Positions 17,751 through 26,778 of a stretch of DNA of 35,664 nt are shown here, one piece after another. Position numbers and translations under genes: made by a program. The notes under the pieces were generated by a model. That model had not been told where the DNA came from, did not search any database, and was given only the letters and a program-made list of their open reading frames with translations. Location of the stretch: UHGV virus genome UHGV-0379599. One strand, 5' to 3'. The stretch's first letter is position 1. Every line of letters begins with the position of its first letter. Origin of the DNA: a virus.

Positions 17751-18029
17751 ATGACCAAAGAGCATGCACAAGGTGTATTTATCCGTTTTATTGATTTTCG
17801 CGGTGAACTGTTATTACGCGCATCAGCCATTGACGGAGTTGTTCCATCCGAAAAAAACGCAGCTACTTACGTTTATCTGAACGGTACGCGCCTGACTGTG
17901 GAGCTTCCGTACCAGACCGTACGAGAAATCATTAGCGAAGCTGAAAAGGCACGTCAGGTTAATGGCGATGAACCATATATCGAAATTATTTGTATGGATT
18001 CAGAAGCTGAAATTCAGAAAGCAGATTAA
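17751..18029 (+). CDS. Hypothetical early protein (93 aa; ATG at 17751)
   Basis: ORF in the early operon; no recognised motif. Confidence 0.4.
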   Translation: MTKEHAQGVFIRFIDFRGELLLRASAIDGVVPSEKNAATYVYLNGTRLTVELPYQTVREIISEAEKARQVNGDEPYIEIICMDSEAEIQKAD

Positions 18030-18040
18030 AGGGCGTTGCG

Positions 18041-18283
18041 ATGGGCAAAGAATATAAAACTCTCATTAACAAAGCACTTGAACGATTTTATTTTCGCTTA
18101 AGTGCATCAGGCGCTCATGCTGAACGTGCAGCTCGTGACTCATTGACCAGGGCAATCCGGAGTTTGTATGACGTCGCTTTTTACGCTGATGATCTGGATG
18201 CACTTAACGAACTTTCCGAGCTGATCTGTGCCGCAGAATGCGGGGAACATATTGAACCGTATAAGCTGGGGAATATCGCATGA
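18041..18283 (+). CDS. Hypothetical early protein (80 aa)
   Basis: ORF with upstream SD-like sequence. Confidence 0.4.
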   Translation: MGKEYKTLINKALERFYFRLSASGAHAERAARDSLTRAIRSLYDVAFYADDLDALNELSELICAAECGEHIEPYKLGNIA

Positions 18284-18393
18284 GTATATTTATCTCATGG
18301 CTTGTTCTGATTATTTCGGTGGCCTGCGCCATTGGGATTATGCGAATTATTCATTCAGTAAAAAAGATTGAACGCTTTTTCACTGACGAATAA
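18280..18393 (+). CDS. Small hydrophobic peptide (37 aa, single predicted TM helix), translationally coupled (ATGA overlap)
   Basis: MSIFISWLVLIISVACAIGIMRIIHSVKKIERFFTDE; below the ORF track size cutoff. Confidence 0.3.
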   Translation: MSIFISWLVLIISVACAIGIMRIIHSVKKIERFFTDE

Positions 18394-18485
18394 CAGCTTA
18401 AACAAAACACCAGATTAAACCCGAAAACCTGAAAACTATCCGCATTCGCGGAGGTATTCGCACACGTAAATAACGGAGATATAAA

Positions 18486-18902
18486 ATGAACACAAAAGAA
18501 GAAGGCATTATCAACACATTAAAAAAAATATCAGAAGCGGAAGATGAAATGGCTAAAGATGCCGTGAAGCGTAGCCAACATATGGCAGCACTTCACGCAC
18601 TGACCATTGCAAAAATCACCGCTGACGCAGCCAAAATTATTGAGGAACAGAGCAAAGAAATCGACACTCTTAAAACACAGTCAACAGTTGCAGCCATGAA
18701 TCCGTCCAGCATTGGACGCTGCATTTATATTCTTGGTTCAGCAATGATGCCGCAATACACCATTATTGCCGAACTGCACGGCAAATACCTGATAACGCCT
18801 TACCACACAAAAGAGTCTGAGCTTCTGACAAATCTCCGCCTGATAGAACGCTCTCAAGCTGTATTCATTGATGACGCGCAACGTGCCGTATTTAACGCAT
18901 AG
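18486..18902 (+). CDS. Hypothetical early protein (138 aa)
   Basis: ORF with AT-rich 5' end. Confidence 0.4.
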   Translation: MNTKEEGIINTLKKISEAEDEMAKDAVKRSQHMAALHALTIAKITADAAKIIEEQSKEIDTLKTQSTVAAMNPSSIGRCIYILGSAMMPQYTIIAELHGKYLITPYHTKESELLTNLRLIERSQAVFIDDAQRAVFNA

Positions 18903-18925
18903 GGTTACTGGACAAAGGGGGCGCA

Positions 18926-19129
18926 ATGGCAATTAAGCATTTTTCCGTCGTTCGCTTTACCTCCAGAGGGCGCGAATACGAGGTCGACGAACGCCTGATT
19001 ACCACTATCGACAAACATCGTTCGGAAAAGGATGCGCACCACATCTACCTCACTGACGGCACTTATTTCTGCGCCACCAACGTGGCGCGGGTGAATCTTA
19101 TCCGACAAGTACAGGAGCCACGCAGATGA
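18926..19129 (+). CDS. Hypothetical small protein (67 aa)
   Basis: ORF in the early operon. Confidence 0.4.
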   Translation: MAIKHFSVVRFTSRGREYEVDERLITTIDKHRSEKDAHHIYLTDGTYFCATNVARVNLIRQVQEPRR

Positions 19130-19392
19130 CCATTCTGGACTACATCGCTACTCATCCGGGGTGTAGCGGCGGAGAGATCGCCGCAACACTGAATACTCCA
19201 ACCACAGCCATTAATGCTGAGTTACGCCAACTTTGGCGCGGCGGCTTAGTCATCAGAACAAACCGCAGCACAGGTGGTCGCGCTCGCAAAACTGGAGGCC
19301 AGGCTTCTTACCACGTAAACCCGATGCCGTTCGGGTGTAGCAATCCACTTACTCACATGTTTAACCAGCTACTGAAGGAAGCCAGAACATGA
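19126..19392 (+). CDS. Hypothetical protein, possible winged-helix DNA-binding (88 aa)
   Basis: ORF overlapping its neighbours by 4 nt (operon-like coupling). Confidence 0.45.
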   Translation: MTILDYIATHPGCSGGEIAATLNTPTTAINAELRQLWRGGLVIRTNRSTGGRARKTGGQASYHVNPMPFGCSNPLTHMFNQLLKEART

Positions 19393-19688
19393 GCACCATC
19401 AACCACCAGAAGCTACGCGAACTGGCATTTGCCCTGCAACGAATGGCAACTCCTCAAAAATTACTGGCATTTCGCGCAATGCTCTCGCCGTCTGCTGTGC
19501 TGGCACTGCTGGATCAGCTGGAGCACGCCAAAACCACGGCTCCTGCCATTCGCCTGACGCTCCATCATGAAATCGCTGATTTCTGCGCAACGCTGGGGGC
19601 ACCTGGCGAACCGGAAACGCCGGAAGCAATGCAGCAAGAGCTGCTGCAACGCATTGACAAGGTTTTTGATTTTTTTCTGAACCAGTAA
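19389..19688 (+). CDS. Hypothetical early protein (99 aa)
   Basis: ORF translationally coupled to the upstream gene. Confidence 0.45.
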   Translation: MSTINHQKLRELAFALQRMATPQKLLAFRAMLSPSAVLALLDQLEHAKTTAPAIRLTLHHEIADFCATLGAPGEPETPEAMQQELLQRIDKVFDFFLNQ

Positions 19689-19859
19689 GAAACCAGAACA
19701 TGCACACACAAAAAAACCGCTTGCCATGCCGCAATCGGTCAGGTTACATTTCCGCTGCACCTCGCTCTCCGGTGTTGAGAACCCTGTACGTCTCGCCACC
19801 CCGAGATTCTCAACTCTGGATGGTGAGCTATTTCTATCACCGAGCAAAGAGGCCACACC

Positions 19860-20090
19860 ATGGCAAACCGCAAACAACAGCGCGCATACGCTGCGCGTCG
19901 TCACATCCAGACTGAAATCAACCGCAGACTTTTCCGCGCATCACGCGTCGCGCAAATCATGCACATCAATATGCTGCATGAGCGCAGCCACGCGCTATCG
20001 AACATCTATTCCGCCTCTGTTTTCAGCTATCTGGCGGATGATCTGCGCGAGCTGCAACAACTCTTCCAGCAGCAAAACAAACTCCATTAA
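19860..20090 (+). CDS. Hypothetical protein (76 aa); frame choice uncertain (an overlapping 146-aa ORF exists at 19726..20166)
   Basis: ORF only. Confidence 0.3.
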   Translation: MANRKQQRAYAARRHIQTEINRRLFRASRVAQIMHINMLHERSHALSNIYSASVFSYLADDLRELQQLFQQQNKLH

Positions 20091-20162
20091 TTCCTGTTCC
20101 GGGCCTTTCCTGCACCTTGCGGCGGGAGGCCTTCGCACATCTGTAGTAAAGAGAATTGCAGC

Positions 20163-20552
20163 ATGATTGACGCTCATGACTTCACAAGATGGGTGCGCAC
20201 ACAGGACACCCGTCTGGCTCCCGTTCTTCAGGGATTATTTGATCTCTACATCCGTGGTCGTGACAACAGAGCACGCACCACAAAACCGGAGAATGCAGAC
20301 ACCCTTTATTTCACAGTAGACGACTGCTACCGCGTGGACTTCACACCACACGGGCTGGCGTTGCACTGCCTGACACCACACGGAGAATCACTGCTGGCGT
20401 ATTACGACTCCCCGGCCTCCGTATTTGCGGCAATGCTGGCGCATCGCACTGCTGGCGGGTGTGCCTCGCTGAGTGAATACACCGCTGAATTTAACCGCCT
20501 TTCTGCCCTCTTCTCGCAGGAGTGGCAGCGCGTGACGGGATACCAGCCATGA
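20163..20552 (+). CDS. Hypothetical early protein (129 aa)
   Basis: ORF immediately upstream of and overlapping the A start. Confidence 0.45.
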   Translation: MIDAHDFTRWVRTQDTRLAPVLQGLFDLYIRGRDNRARTTKPENADTLYFTVDDCYRVDFTPHGLALHCLTPHGESLLAYYDSPASVFAAMLAHRTAGGCASLSEYTAEFNRLSALFSQEWQRVTGYQP

Positions 20553-23389
20553 ATGAGTTTGCATGGAGCTGGAATGAACCACGGCCAGCCATTGATCCGG
20601 CCAGATTTACGGAGCACAGGCAGGAAACTGAAACCGACCTGCAACGCGCCATCCGTTACTACCTTGAGGCAGACAAAAAGGCTCTGGAAGAACAGGAAGC
20701 GAAGGAGGAAGCCTTTTTCGCACAATCCACCGTGGGTAAAAAACTCATGGCATCCCTTGAGGAAGCCGGACAGCGTGAAAAGCTGGCACAAAGCATCATC
20801 AGCAAGCGTCAGGCAACAGAACAAGACCCGGTGGCCCGTGCTTTTGCCACACTGAAGGTGCTTCCCGTTTATCTGCGTGAACCTCTGAGCCGCCACCTCT
20901 CTTTCCTGCGCAAAAAACAGGAAGCCGATCGCCAGAAAGGCAAAAAGAGCTGGCAGGCTGAACGCTACGCGCGCGGAACCCTGCGCAAAATATTCGAACG
21001 CCTGGACCGCACCGACCACCGCTGGCTGACACCGGGTTATCGCTCCCTTGCCGGACGCGAACGCCTGGATGATTTGCTTTACCTGCCGCAGCTCAACAAG
21101 CACCAGATACAGACGCTGGCCACCATGACGGCGGCGATGTTCAGCAGCACCTTCGAAAAACTCTGCGATGGCTTTGGCGCGACCGATGGTGAGTTGACCA
21201 TGGAGGTGGCACTGAAGGCGTATCAGATGCTGGCCCGCATGGCGTTACACCTGCACGCCATGCCTCCACATTATGACGCACTGACAACAGACAAAGACCG
21301 CAAGAACGAACCGGACACGGAACTGCTGCCGGGCGCAATCCTCCGCCTGACCTGTGCAGAATGGTGGAAACGCAAACTGTGGCTGTTACGTTGCGAGTGG
21401 CGGGAAGAACAACTCCGCGCCGCCTGTCTGGTTTCCAGAAAAACATCGCCCTATCTGAGCCAGGACGCGTTAAGCGAGTTTCGCGCACAGCGCGAGAAAA
21501 CACGCGATTTCCTGAAAAGTTTCATGCTGGAAAACGAAGACGGGTTCACGATTGATCTCGAGACGGTGTATTACGCGGGAGTAAGTAACCCGGTCCACCG
21601 TAAAGCAGAAATGATGGCCACCATGAAGGGGCTGGAACTTCTGGCCGAAGCCCGTGGCGACAGAGCGGTGTTTCTGACTGTCACCTGCCCGTCAAAATAC
21701 CACGCCACAACAGAGAACGGTCATCCGAATCCCAAATGGAACGGGGCCACCATGCGCGACTCCAGCGATTACCTGGTTAACACGTTTTTTGCGGCGGTCC
21801 GCAAAAAACTGAACCGCGACGGCCTGCGCTGGTATGGCATCCGCACGGTGGAGCCTCACCATGACGGCACCGTGCACTGGCATATGATGGTCTTTGCACA
21901 TCCGGACGAGATTGAAACCATCGTGTCCCATGTCTGCGATATTGCCATTCAGGAAGACCGCCACGAGCTGGGCGATGACATAACTCCGCGTTTTAAGGCG
22001 GAGTACGTAGACGGCTCAAAAGGCACGCCAACCAGCTACATCGCCACCTACATCGGAAAGAACCTGGACAGCCGCGCCGTGGATGGCATCGACCCGAAAA
22101 CGGGCAAGCCACGCGTTGACCACGAAACCGGAAAATCAATGGCAGAGAGCGTGGAACGCGCCATCGGCTGGGCGCGCCTTCACCGGGTCCGCCAGTTCCA
22201 GTTCTTTGGCATTCCCTCTCGTCAGGTATGGCGTGAACTCCGCCGCCTTGCCAGCCAGATGGCACGCAACCCGGAAGGCCCACAACGGCTGAAGGATGAT
22301 GCAATGGATGCGGTACTCGCTGCCGCTGATGCCGGGTGTTTTGCCACCTACATTGAGAAACAGGGCGGCGTACTTGTTCCACGCAAAGACTACCTGATTC
22401 GCACCGCCTACGACCTCGCAGATGAGCTGAACGATTACGGCGAGCAGAGTGTACAGATTTACGGGATCTGGTCGCCGCTCATCGGGGAGTCTTCCCGTGT
22501 GTGCACACATCCGGATAACTGGAAGCTGGTAAGACGTAAACCTGAAGCAGAAGACAGCGCCCGCGAAAATGGTTTTGACCTTCAGGGCGGCCCTGCCGCC
22601 CCTTGGACTCGTGGCAATAACTGTCCCCGTGTACAGGAAACGGACAACAACGGGACAGAACAGCCGGAAGAACGGCCAGCACCGTGGCCGCAGCTCCCTG
22701 ACGGCGTTGAAGTGAACGAATGGATGCGCTCACTGAAACGGCACGAACGCCGGGCGCTGATGCGTTCGCTTCGTGACAAACAGGCAAAAAACAGCAGTGA
22801 TGAAATGCAGAGCTGGACACAGAGCCGCAAACAGCAGCGGCCTTTGCCTGATAACCACGAATTACTCGCTAAAGAATGGCGGGAGTCTGCCGAATCTCTC
22901 GGCCTGCATATCGGTGAACAGCAGATGCAGCACCTGTTACGGGGCGGCAGCCTGTACGTTGACGGCAGCATCATTGCACCGCAGGGATATGAAATTGTAC
23001 GCAAACCGGATACCCGCCCGGACAGCCGAATCACGCAACTCTGGCAACGCCTGAGCCGTAATCACGGCGTAAGCAGCACGGAGATCCGTCATAACCCGGT
23101 CGCCAGCTATCTGGAACAGCTGGGGGCATCAGACCCTGAAGCCGCCGCACGCCTGGCATCCACACTTCAGCAGGACCAGAACACCATGAAAACACCCGTT
23201 ACCGTGCTTTCTGACATGCTGCGCGCCATCCGCGACGCAGAGCACGCACAGAGAATCAGTGAAACCACTGAACGCGCCCGCCGCAAAGCAGACCTGCTGC
23301 GGGGTGGCCTGACCAGTGGAAACAAAAAACAGACAGAAACGGGATTCACAAATCCCGTAAATGAGCAAAAAACGCGCCGCGATATATGA
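20549..23389 (+). CDS. A: Rolling-circle replication initiator (P2 A-like endonuclease); start at 20549 or 20522
   Basis: HUH-type motif TVEPHHDGTVHWHMMVFAHPDE; following tyrosine-containing region (TSYIATYIGKN); size and position between early genes and the Q/P block. Confidence 0.8.
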   Translation: MNEFAWSWNEPRPAIDPARFTEHRQETETDLQRAIRYYLEADKKALEEQEAKEEAFFAQSTVGKKLMASLEEAGQREKLAQSIISKRQATEQDPVARAFATLKVLPVYLREPLSRHLSFLRKKQEADRQKGKKSWQAERYARGTLRKIFERLDRTDHRWLTPGYRSLAGRERLDDLLYLPQLNKHQIQTLATMTAAMFSSTFEKLCDGFGATDGELTMEVALKAYQMLARMALHLHAMPPHYDALTTDKDRKNEPDTELLPGAILRLTCAEWWKRKLWLLRCEWREEQLRAACLVSRKTSPYLSQDALSEFRAQREKTRDFLKSFMLENEDGFTIDLETVYYAGVSNPVHRKAEMMATMKGLELLAEARGDRAVFLTVTCPSKYHATTENGHPNPKWNGATMRDSSDYLVNTFFAAVRKKLNRDGLRWYGIRTVEPHHDGTVHWHMMVFAHPDEIETIVSHVCDIAIQEDRHELGDDITPRFKAEYVDGSKGTPTSYIATYIGKNLDSRAVDGIDPKTGKPRVDHETGKSMAESVERAIGWARLHRVRQFQFFGIPSRQVWRELRRLASQMARNPEGPQRLKDDAMDAVLAAADAGCFATYIEKQGGVLVPRKDYLIRTAYDLADELNDYGEQSVQIYGIWSPLIGESSRVCTHPDNWKLVRRKPEAEDSARENGFDLQGGPAAPWTRGNNCPRVQETDNNGTEQPEERPAPWPQLPDGVEVNEWMRSLKRHERRALMRSLRDKQAKNSSDEMQSWTQSRKQQRPLPDNHELLAKEWRESAESLGLHIGEQQMQHLLRGGSLYVDGSIIAPQGYEIVRKPDTRPDSRITQLWQRLSRNHGVSSTEIRHNPVASYLEQLGASDPEAAARLASTLQQDQNTMKTPVTVLSDMLRAIRDAEHAQRISETTERARRKADLLRGGLTSGNKKQTETGFTNPVNEQKTRRDI

Positions 23390-23436
23390 AGCGCGCACAA
23401 GACAGGCGAAAACGGGATTTAAAAATCCCGTAAACG
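23337..23436. repeat. Two copies of a 20-bp palindrome (ACGGGATT-n4-AATCCCGT) about 73 bp apart; candidate protein-binding sites (parC-like centromere/operator)
   Basis: Copy 1 at 23339-23358 (inside the 3' end of A); copy 2 at 23412-23431 (35 bp upstream of the parM-like start). Flanks also repeated (AAACGGGATT...ATCCCGTAAA). Confidence 0.5.
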
Positions 23437-23465
23437 ATTAATTAATCAACATAAGGAAAATCGAC

Positions 23466-24425
23466 ATGAAAATTTGTATCGACGACGGCTCCACCAACAT
23501 CAAGCTGGCATGGACTGAGAACGGCGAACGCCGCAACGCCATCAGCCCGAACAGCTTCAAGTCGGAATGGTCTGCGCCGTTCGGTGGTACACAGCCCGCG
23601 AACTACATGCTTGATGGCGTGCGCTATGGTTTTGATCCGGTCAGCGATCGCTTTGTCCAGACGACCGACACGCAATACCAGTACAGCGATGTGAATGTCA
23701 TTGCCATTCATCACGCGCTGGTCAAATCAGGCATCACGCCACAGGAGGTGGATGTGGTTGTCACCCTGCCACTGAGCGAGTATTTCGACACAAACGCACA
23801 ACCGGACATGGCCAACATCAACCGCAAAAAAGTGAACGTTATGCGCCCGGTGGAATACCAGAACGGCGAAACATTCACTATCCGCAACGTACGGGTTATG
23901 CCTGAATCCATTCCGGCTGGCTTTAAGGCACTGGCTGACATGAGTCCGTTTGAATCCCTGCTGATTGTGGATTTAGGCGGAACCACGCTGGATGTGGCAA
24001 AGGTTCAGGGACAACTGGCAGGTATCAGCCAGGTGTTTTGCGATCCACACGTAGGCGTTTCCCTGATAGCCGATGCCGTACTGTCGGTGATGGCCACTAA
24101 CGGTATGCGTACCAGTCACCATATCGCCAATACCATCATCGAACATCGCCACGATGAAGCCTGGCTGCGCCAGCACATCCACAATGACGCGCATTACGAC
24201 AGCCTGATGGCGGTTATTCGTGAAAAGGAAGAAACACTGAAACAACGCGTGATCCGCGCGCTGGCGGGTTTTTCGGGTTACGGGCGGGTGATGGTTGTCG
24301 GTGGCGGGGCGGAGATTGTGGCACCCGCTATCCGCGAAGCCTGCGGAGTTAATGCGACTTTCATCGCGGACGGGGTGCCACAGTTTGCTCTGGTTAATGG
24401 GCTGTACGCAATGGACAAGGAGTAA
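23466..24425 (+). CDS. parM: ParM/StbA-like actin-type plasmid segregation ATPase
   Basis: MKICIDDGSTNIKLAW...ISPNSFK...YSDVNVIAIHHAL...VDLGGTT closely parallels recalled plasmid R1 ParM (MLVFIDDGSTNIKLQW...ISPNSFK...YSDVNVVAVHHAL). Confidence 0.8.
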   Translation: MKICIDDGSTNIKLAWTENGERRNAISPNSFKSEWSAPFGGTQPANYMLDGVRYGFDPVSDRFVQTTDTQYQYSDVNVIAIHHALVKSGITPQEVDVVVTLPLSEYFDTNAQPDMANINRKKVNVMRPVEYQNGETFTIRNVRVMPESIPAGFKALADMSPFESLLIVDLGGTTLDVAKVQGQLAGISQVFCDPHVGVSLIADAVLSVMATNGMRTSHHIANTIIEHRHDEAWLRQHIHNDAHYDSLMAVIREKEETLKQRVIRALAGFSGYGRVMVVGGGAEIVAPAIREACGVNATFIADGVPQFALVNGLYAMDKE

Positions 24426-24429
24426 ACCA

Positions 24430-24741
24430 ATGACGACACCAACCAGACGGATAAGTTTCTATCTGAAGCCTGCGGCCGTCAAGAACGAAAGCGAAGCATG
24501 CGCCTGGCTGGACAGCCTTACACCAGAAGCCCGCAAAAGCGGCCAACGCGTGGCTTTTCTGGCCGGGCTGGCACTTCTGAAAATGAATCCAGCAGAGGCT
24601 TACCGACTGGCTGCATGGGCTGACGATGAGGCGTTATCAGTGACACAAACCAGGACAGAATGCCCCGCGTCACAGCCAGTATCAACCGCACAGATAACCA
24701 GTCAGATGGCCGGAAATATCCGGGCGTTATTTCCCGAATAA
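24430..24741 (+). CDS. parR: ParR-like centromere-binding adaptor (104 aa; start at the ATG 4 nt after the parM stop)
   Basis: RRISFYLKP...LDSL....R...AFLAGLAL parallels the recalled R1 ParR N-terminal RHH region (RRTIAFKLNP...LDSI...R...AALTAGLAL); gene order parM-parR. Confidence 0.6.
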   Translation: MTTPTRRISFYLKPAAVKNESEACAWLDSLTPEARKSGQRVAFLAGLALLKMNPAEAYRLAAWADDEALSVTQTRTECPASQPVSTAQITSQMAGNIRALFPE

Positions 24742-24746
24742 CACAA

Positions 24747-24770
24747 CATCAGGGCGCATCCGCCCTGATG
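24747..24770 (+). terminator. Hairpin (ATCAGGGCG-cat-CGCCCTGAT) after parR
   Basis: 9-bp perfect inverted repeat 5 nt after the parR stop; weak T tract. Confidence 0.35.
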
Positions 24771-24839
24771 ACTTTAATCCGGGAACATAAACAAGGGGGA
24801 CACAATGCAACACATTGACAGAGAAAAAGGAAAAAAAGC

Positions 24840-25247
24840 ATGAACAGAAAACAGAAACAAGAGTTGAAATACTTCTTACGTAAAGAAATTGCCAGGCTTG
24901 AAGATGCAGAGTCACAATCATCAGAAATTCCGTTCGGAATGGATATCAACGACGCCCGTATGCTTCAGGCATACCGTATAGCTCAGGCTGCACTACAGAC
25001 AAAACCGTTAAATAACATACATGAAAAGTATGATTATTTTACGGATACCGCTTGCTTGCTGACATCTGAAGAACAAAAGATAGCCCAACTTTTAGGCGAC
25101 GCATGGAACCTGTATTTAACATTGCCAGTTGAGCATCCAATGGGTAGAGATGAATTTTGCCGGGCAATTCATCATTGCCAAAATATGGTGTTGGCACGCC
25201 CGGCCATCAGGGCGCTGGCCAGGAAGGGGCAAGGCTATAAAAGATAA
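24840..25247 (+). CDS. AT-rich orphan gene, 135 aa, unknown function
   Basis: ORF preceded by a purine-rich SD region (GAAAAAGGAAAAAAAGC); lower GC than the backbone; located where P2 carries old/tin. Confidence 0.5.
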   Translation: MNRKQKQELKYFLRKEIARLEDAESQSSEIPFGMDINDARMLQAYRIAQAALQTKPLNNIHEKYDYFTDTACLLTSEEQKIAQLLGDAWNLYLTLPVEHPMGRDEFCRAIHHCQNMVLARPAIRALARKGQGYKR

Positions 25248-25250
25248 GTA

Positions 25251-25276
25251 AAACGCCCTCCTCCAGAGCGTTTATT
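25251..25276 (+). terminator. Weak hairpin terminator after the 135-aa gene
   Basis: AAACGC...GCGTTT stem followed by ATTTC. Confidence 0.3.
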
Positions 25277-25279
25277 TCA

Positions 25280-25731
25280 ATGCACAATAGTGCACAAATT
25301 TGCACGATTTTTTTGAACGACTTTTTGCCCTTCCGGCCCGCGTGGCGGCTGGATCCGTCAGGGATCCGTGCGTGCACAAAAAAACGCGCTTTTTCTGCGC
25401 GCAGGTGACGGGGGAACAGCCCGCGTTTCAGGGGGTAAATAGCATCCCCTGAACGATGTCGCAGCAACACAACAGAATGGCTGTATTTCTCACGCTGAGC
25501 GTGAAAAAGACGTGAGGGCTTTTGATTTGATGGGGTGAAAGGTAAGGCCGTCAAAATCGCACTGAGGCGGTGAGAACATGCAGTTAACGCGGTGGGATTG
25601 CGTAAGAGTCTGACCGTCGATGATGGCAATAAGCAGGAAAGCGTCGTGAAATTATCTGACTGATACAGGAGCTGGAGAGTCGGGGCATAAATTTTTTATG
25701 CCCCGGCGAAGCAGCAGACAAGCGAAGCGCG
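25280..25731. other. Non-coding region expected to contain cos (packaging site), by synteny
   Basis: About 450 bp without a credible ORF between the accessory genes and portal gene Q. Several dyad symmetries (GGATCC-gtca-GGGATCC, TTCAGGGGG...CCCCTGAA, GGGGCATAAA-TTTTTTATGCCCC). GC-rich stretches resembling P2/186 cohesive-end sequences (GCGTGGCGG; GACGGGGGAACAGC) but no exact match recalled. Confidence 0.35.
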
Positions 25732-26778
25732 TCAGGATGTGGGCTGGGTGTCCAGCAGTGCATAAGGGTTAAAGCGGATCACCTCTTCGCCAAGCCAGTC
25801 ATTGATGTGCTTCATGGCCTCCATGACGGGCATCAGCTCGTTAATTGCGTAAACCCGCGCGGCCTTCTCCACATCACCAAACGCACTTTTTTCACCCGGC
25901 ATCGCCCCCATCAGTTGCGGCGGGACACGGTGCGCAGCCAGCACATCATCACGGGATGCCGCCTTAACATTCATGAACTCATCCTTTGCGGTGATCTGCT
26001 GGAACGGCAAAATTTGCACCCCCTCTTTGCCCCCGTTGGGCGCATGGATGAGCACGTTTTTAAACGCACCACCACCACGCGCACCCTGTAACGTTTCTTT
26101 CAGGGAGTCCATGCTTTCGCGGTTTACCTGCGCTGCACCGATGTAGATGATGCACCCGGCGTGGGATCCATTGTCGTAATACAGTTTTCTGAACATGTCC
26201 GCCGAATGAGACAGGCTGGCCGAGAGTAATGCGCCAAGATATTCCGGCATGCCGTAAATTTCCTGGTTAATGTCCGGATTCATCAGGTGGCACACTTTGC
26301 CAGGGCGAAACTGGAACGCGTCCTTGCCATCCTGCACATACCACCATGATTCAAGATCGCTTCCGCGTCGCATGTATTTCGCCAGTGCGTGCCGTAATTT
26401 AAGCGGTTCGCCGAGCATATTGCTTCGAAGCTCAAGGAATGCGTTACCGAACACAAACCAGTCCAGCGCCAGCGCCGAGAAATCCTGCCGGGAAAGCAGC
26501 GGGTGCGGGATGTAGCAACCGAGTAATACATTGCGCTTAAAGTAAAGCGCAGACTGATGCCAGGACGTTTGCCGGGCTGCTCTTGCCAGACCGTACCAGT
26601 CCACCGGGGTTTCATACCACCGCCCGTTATCAGCACAGTACATATTGTCCAGCAGGTCATGCCCGGTCAGGCGATAAGGACCATCAAATGTGAATGCACT
26701 GAGCGATGATTCTTTCCTGAGCGCATCAGCGAGATCAATGCGTGAACTCATGCGCACTTTTTTATTTTTTCTGCTCAT
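25732..26778 (-). CDS. Q: Portal (capsid portal vertex) protein Q
   Basis: 348 aa; position upstream-adjacent and co-directional with terminase P, divergent from O, as in P2. Confidence 0.85.
   Translation of the reverse strand: MSRKNKKVRMSSRIDLADALRKESSLSAFTFDGPYRLTGHDLLDNMYCADNGRWYETPVDWYGLARAARQTSWHQSALYFKRNVLLGCYIPHPLLSRQDFSALALDWFVFGNAFLELRSNMLGEPLKLRHALAKYMRRGSDLESWWYVQDGKDAFQFRPGKVCHLMNPDINQEIYGMPEYLGALLSASLSHSADMFRKLYYDNGSHAGCIIYIGAAQVNRESMDSLKETLQGARGGGAFKNVLIHAPNGGKEGVQILPFQQITAKDEFMNVKAASRDDVLAAHRVPPQLMGAMPGEKSAFGDVEKAARVYAINELMPVMEAMKHINDWLGEEVIRFNPYALLDTQPTS

Noticed and set aside
20402-21103. 233-aa ORF on the - strand
   Set aside because: Lies entirely antisense within replication gene A, which has clear functional motifs; no independent start signals. 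Treated as a spurious antisense ORF, as are the other - strand ORFs inside A (for example 21141..21503, 21993..22382, 22582..23034).
23337-23436. CRISPR-like repeat
   Set aside because: Only two copies, unequal spacing context, one inside a coding region and no cas genes; interpreted as protein-binding palindromes.
25207-25629. 140-aa - strand ORF in the putative cos region
   Set aside because: Overlaps the 3' end of the 135-aa gene and GC-rich non-coding DNA full of palindromes; no start signals; likely spurious.
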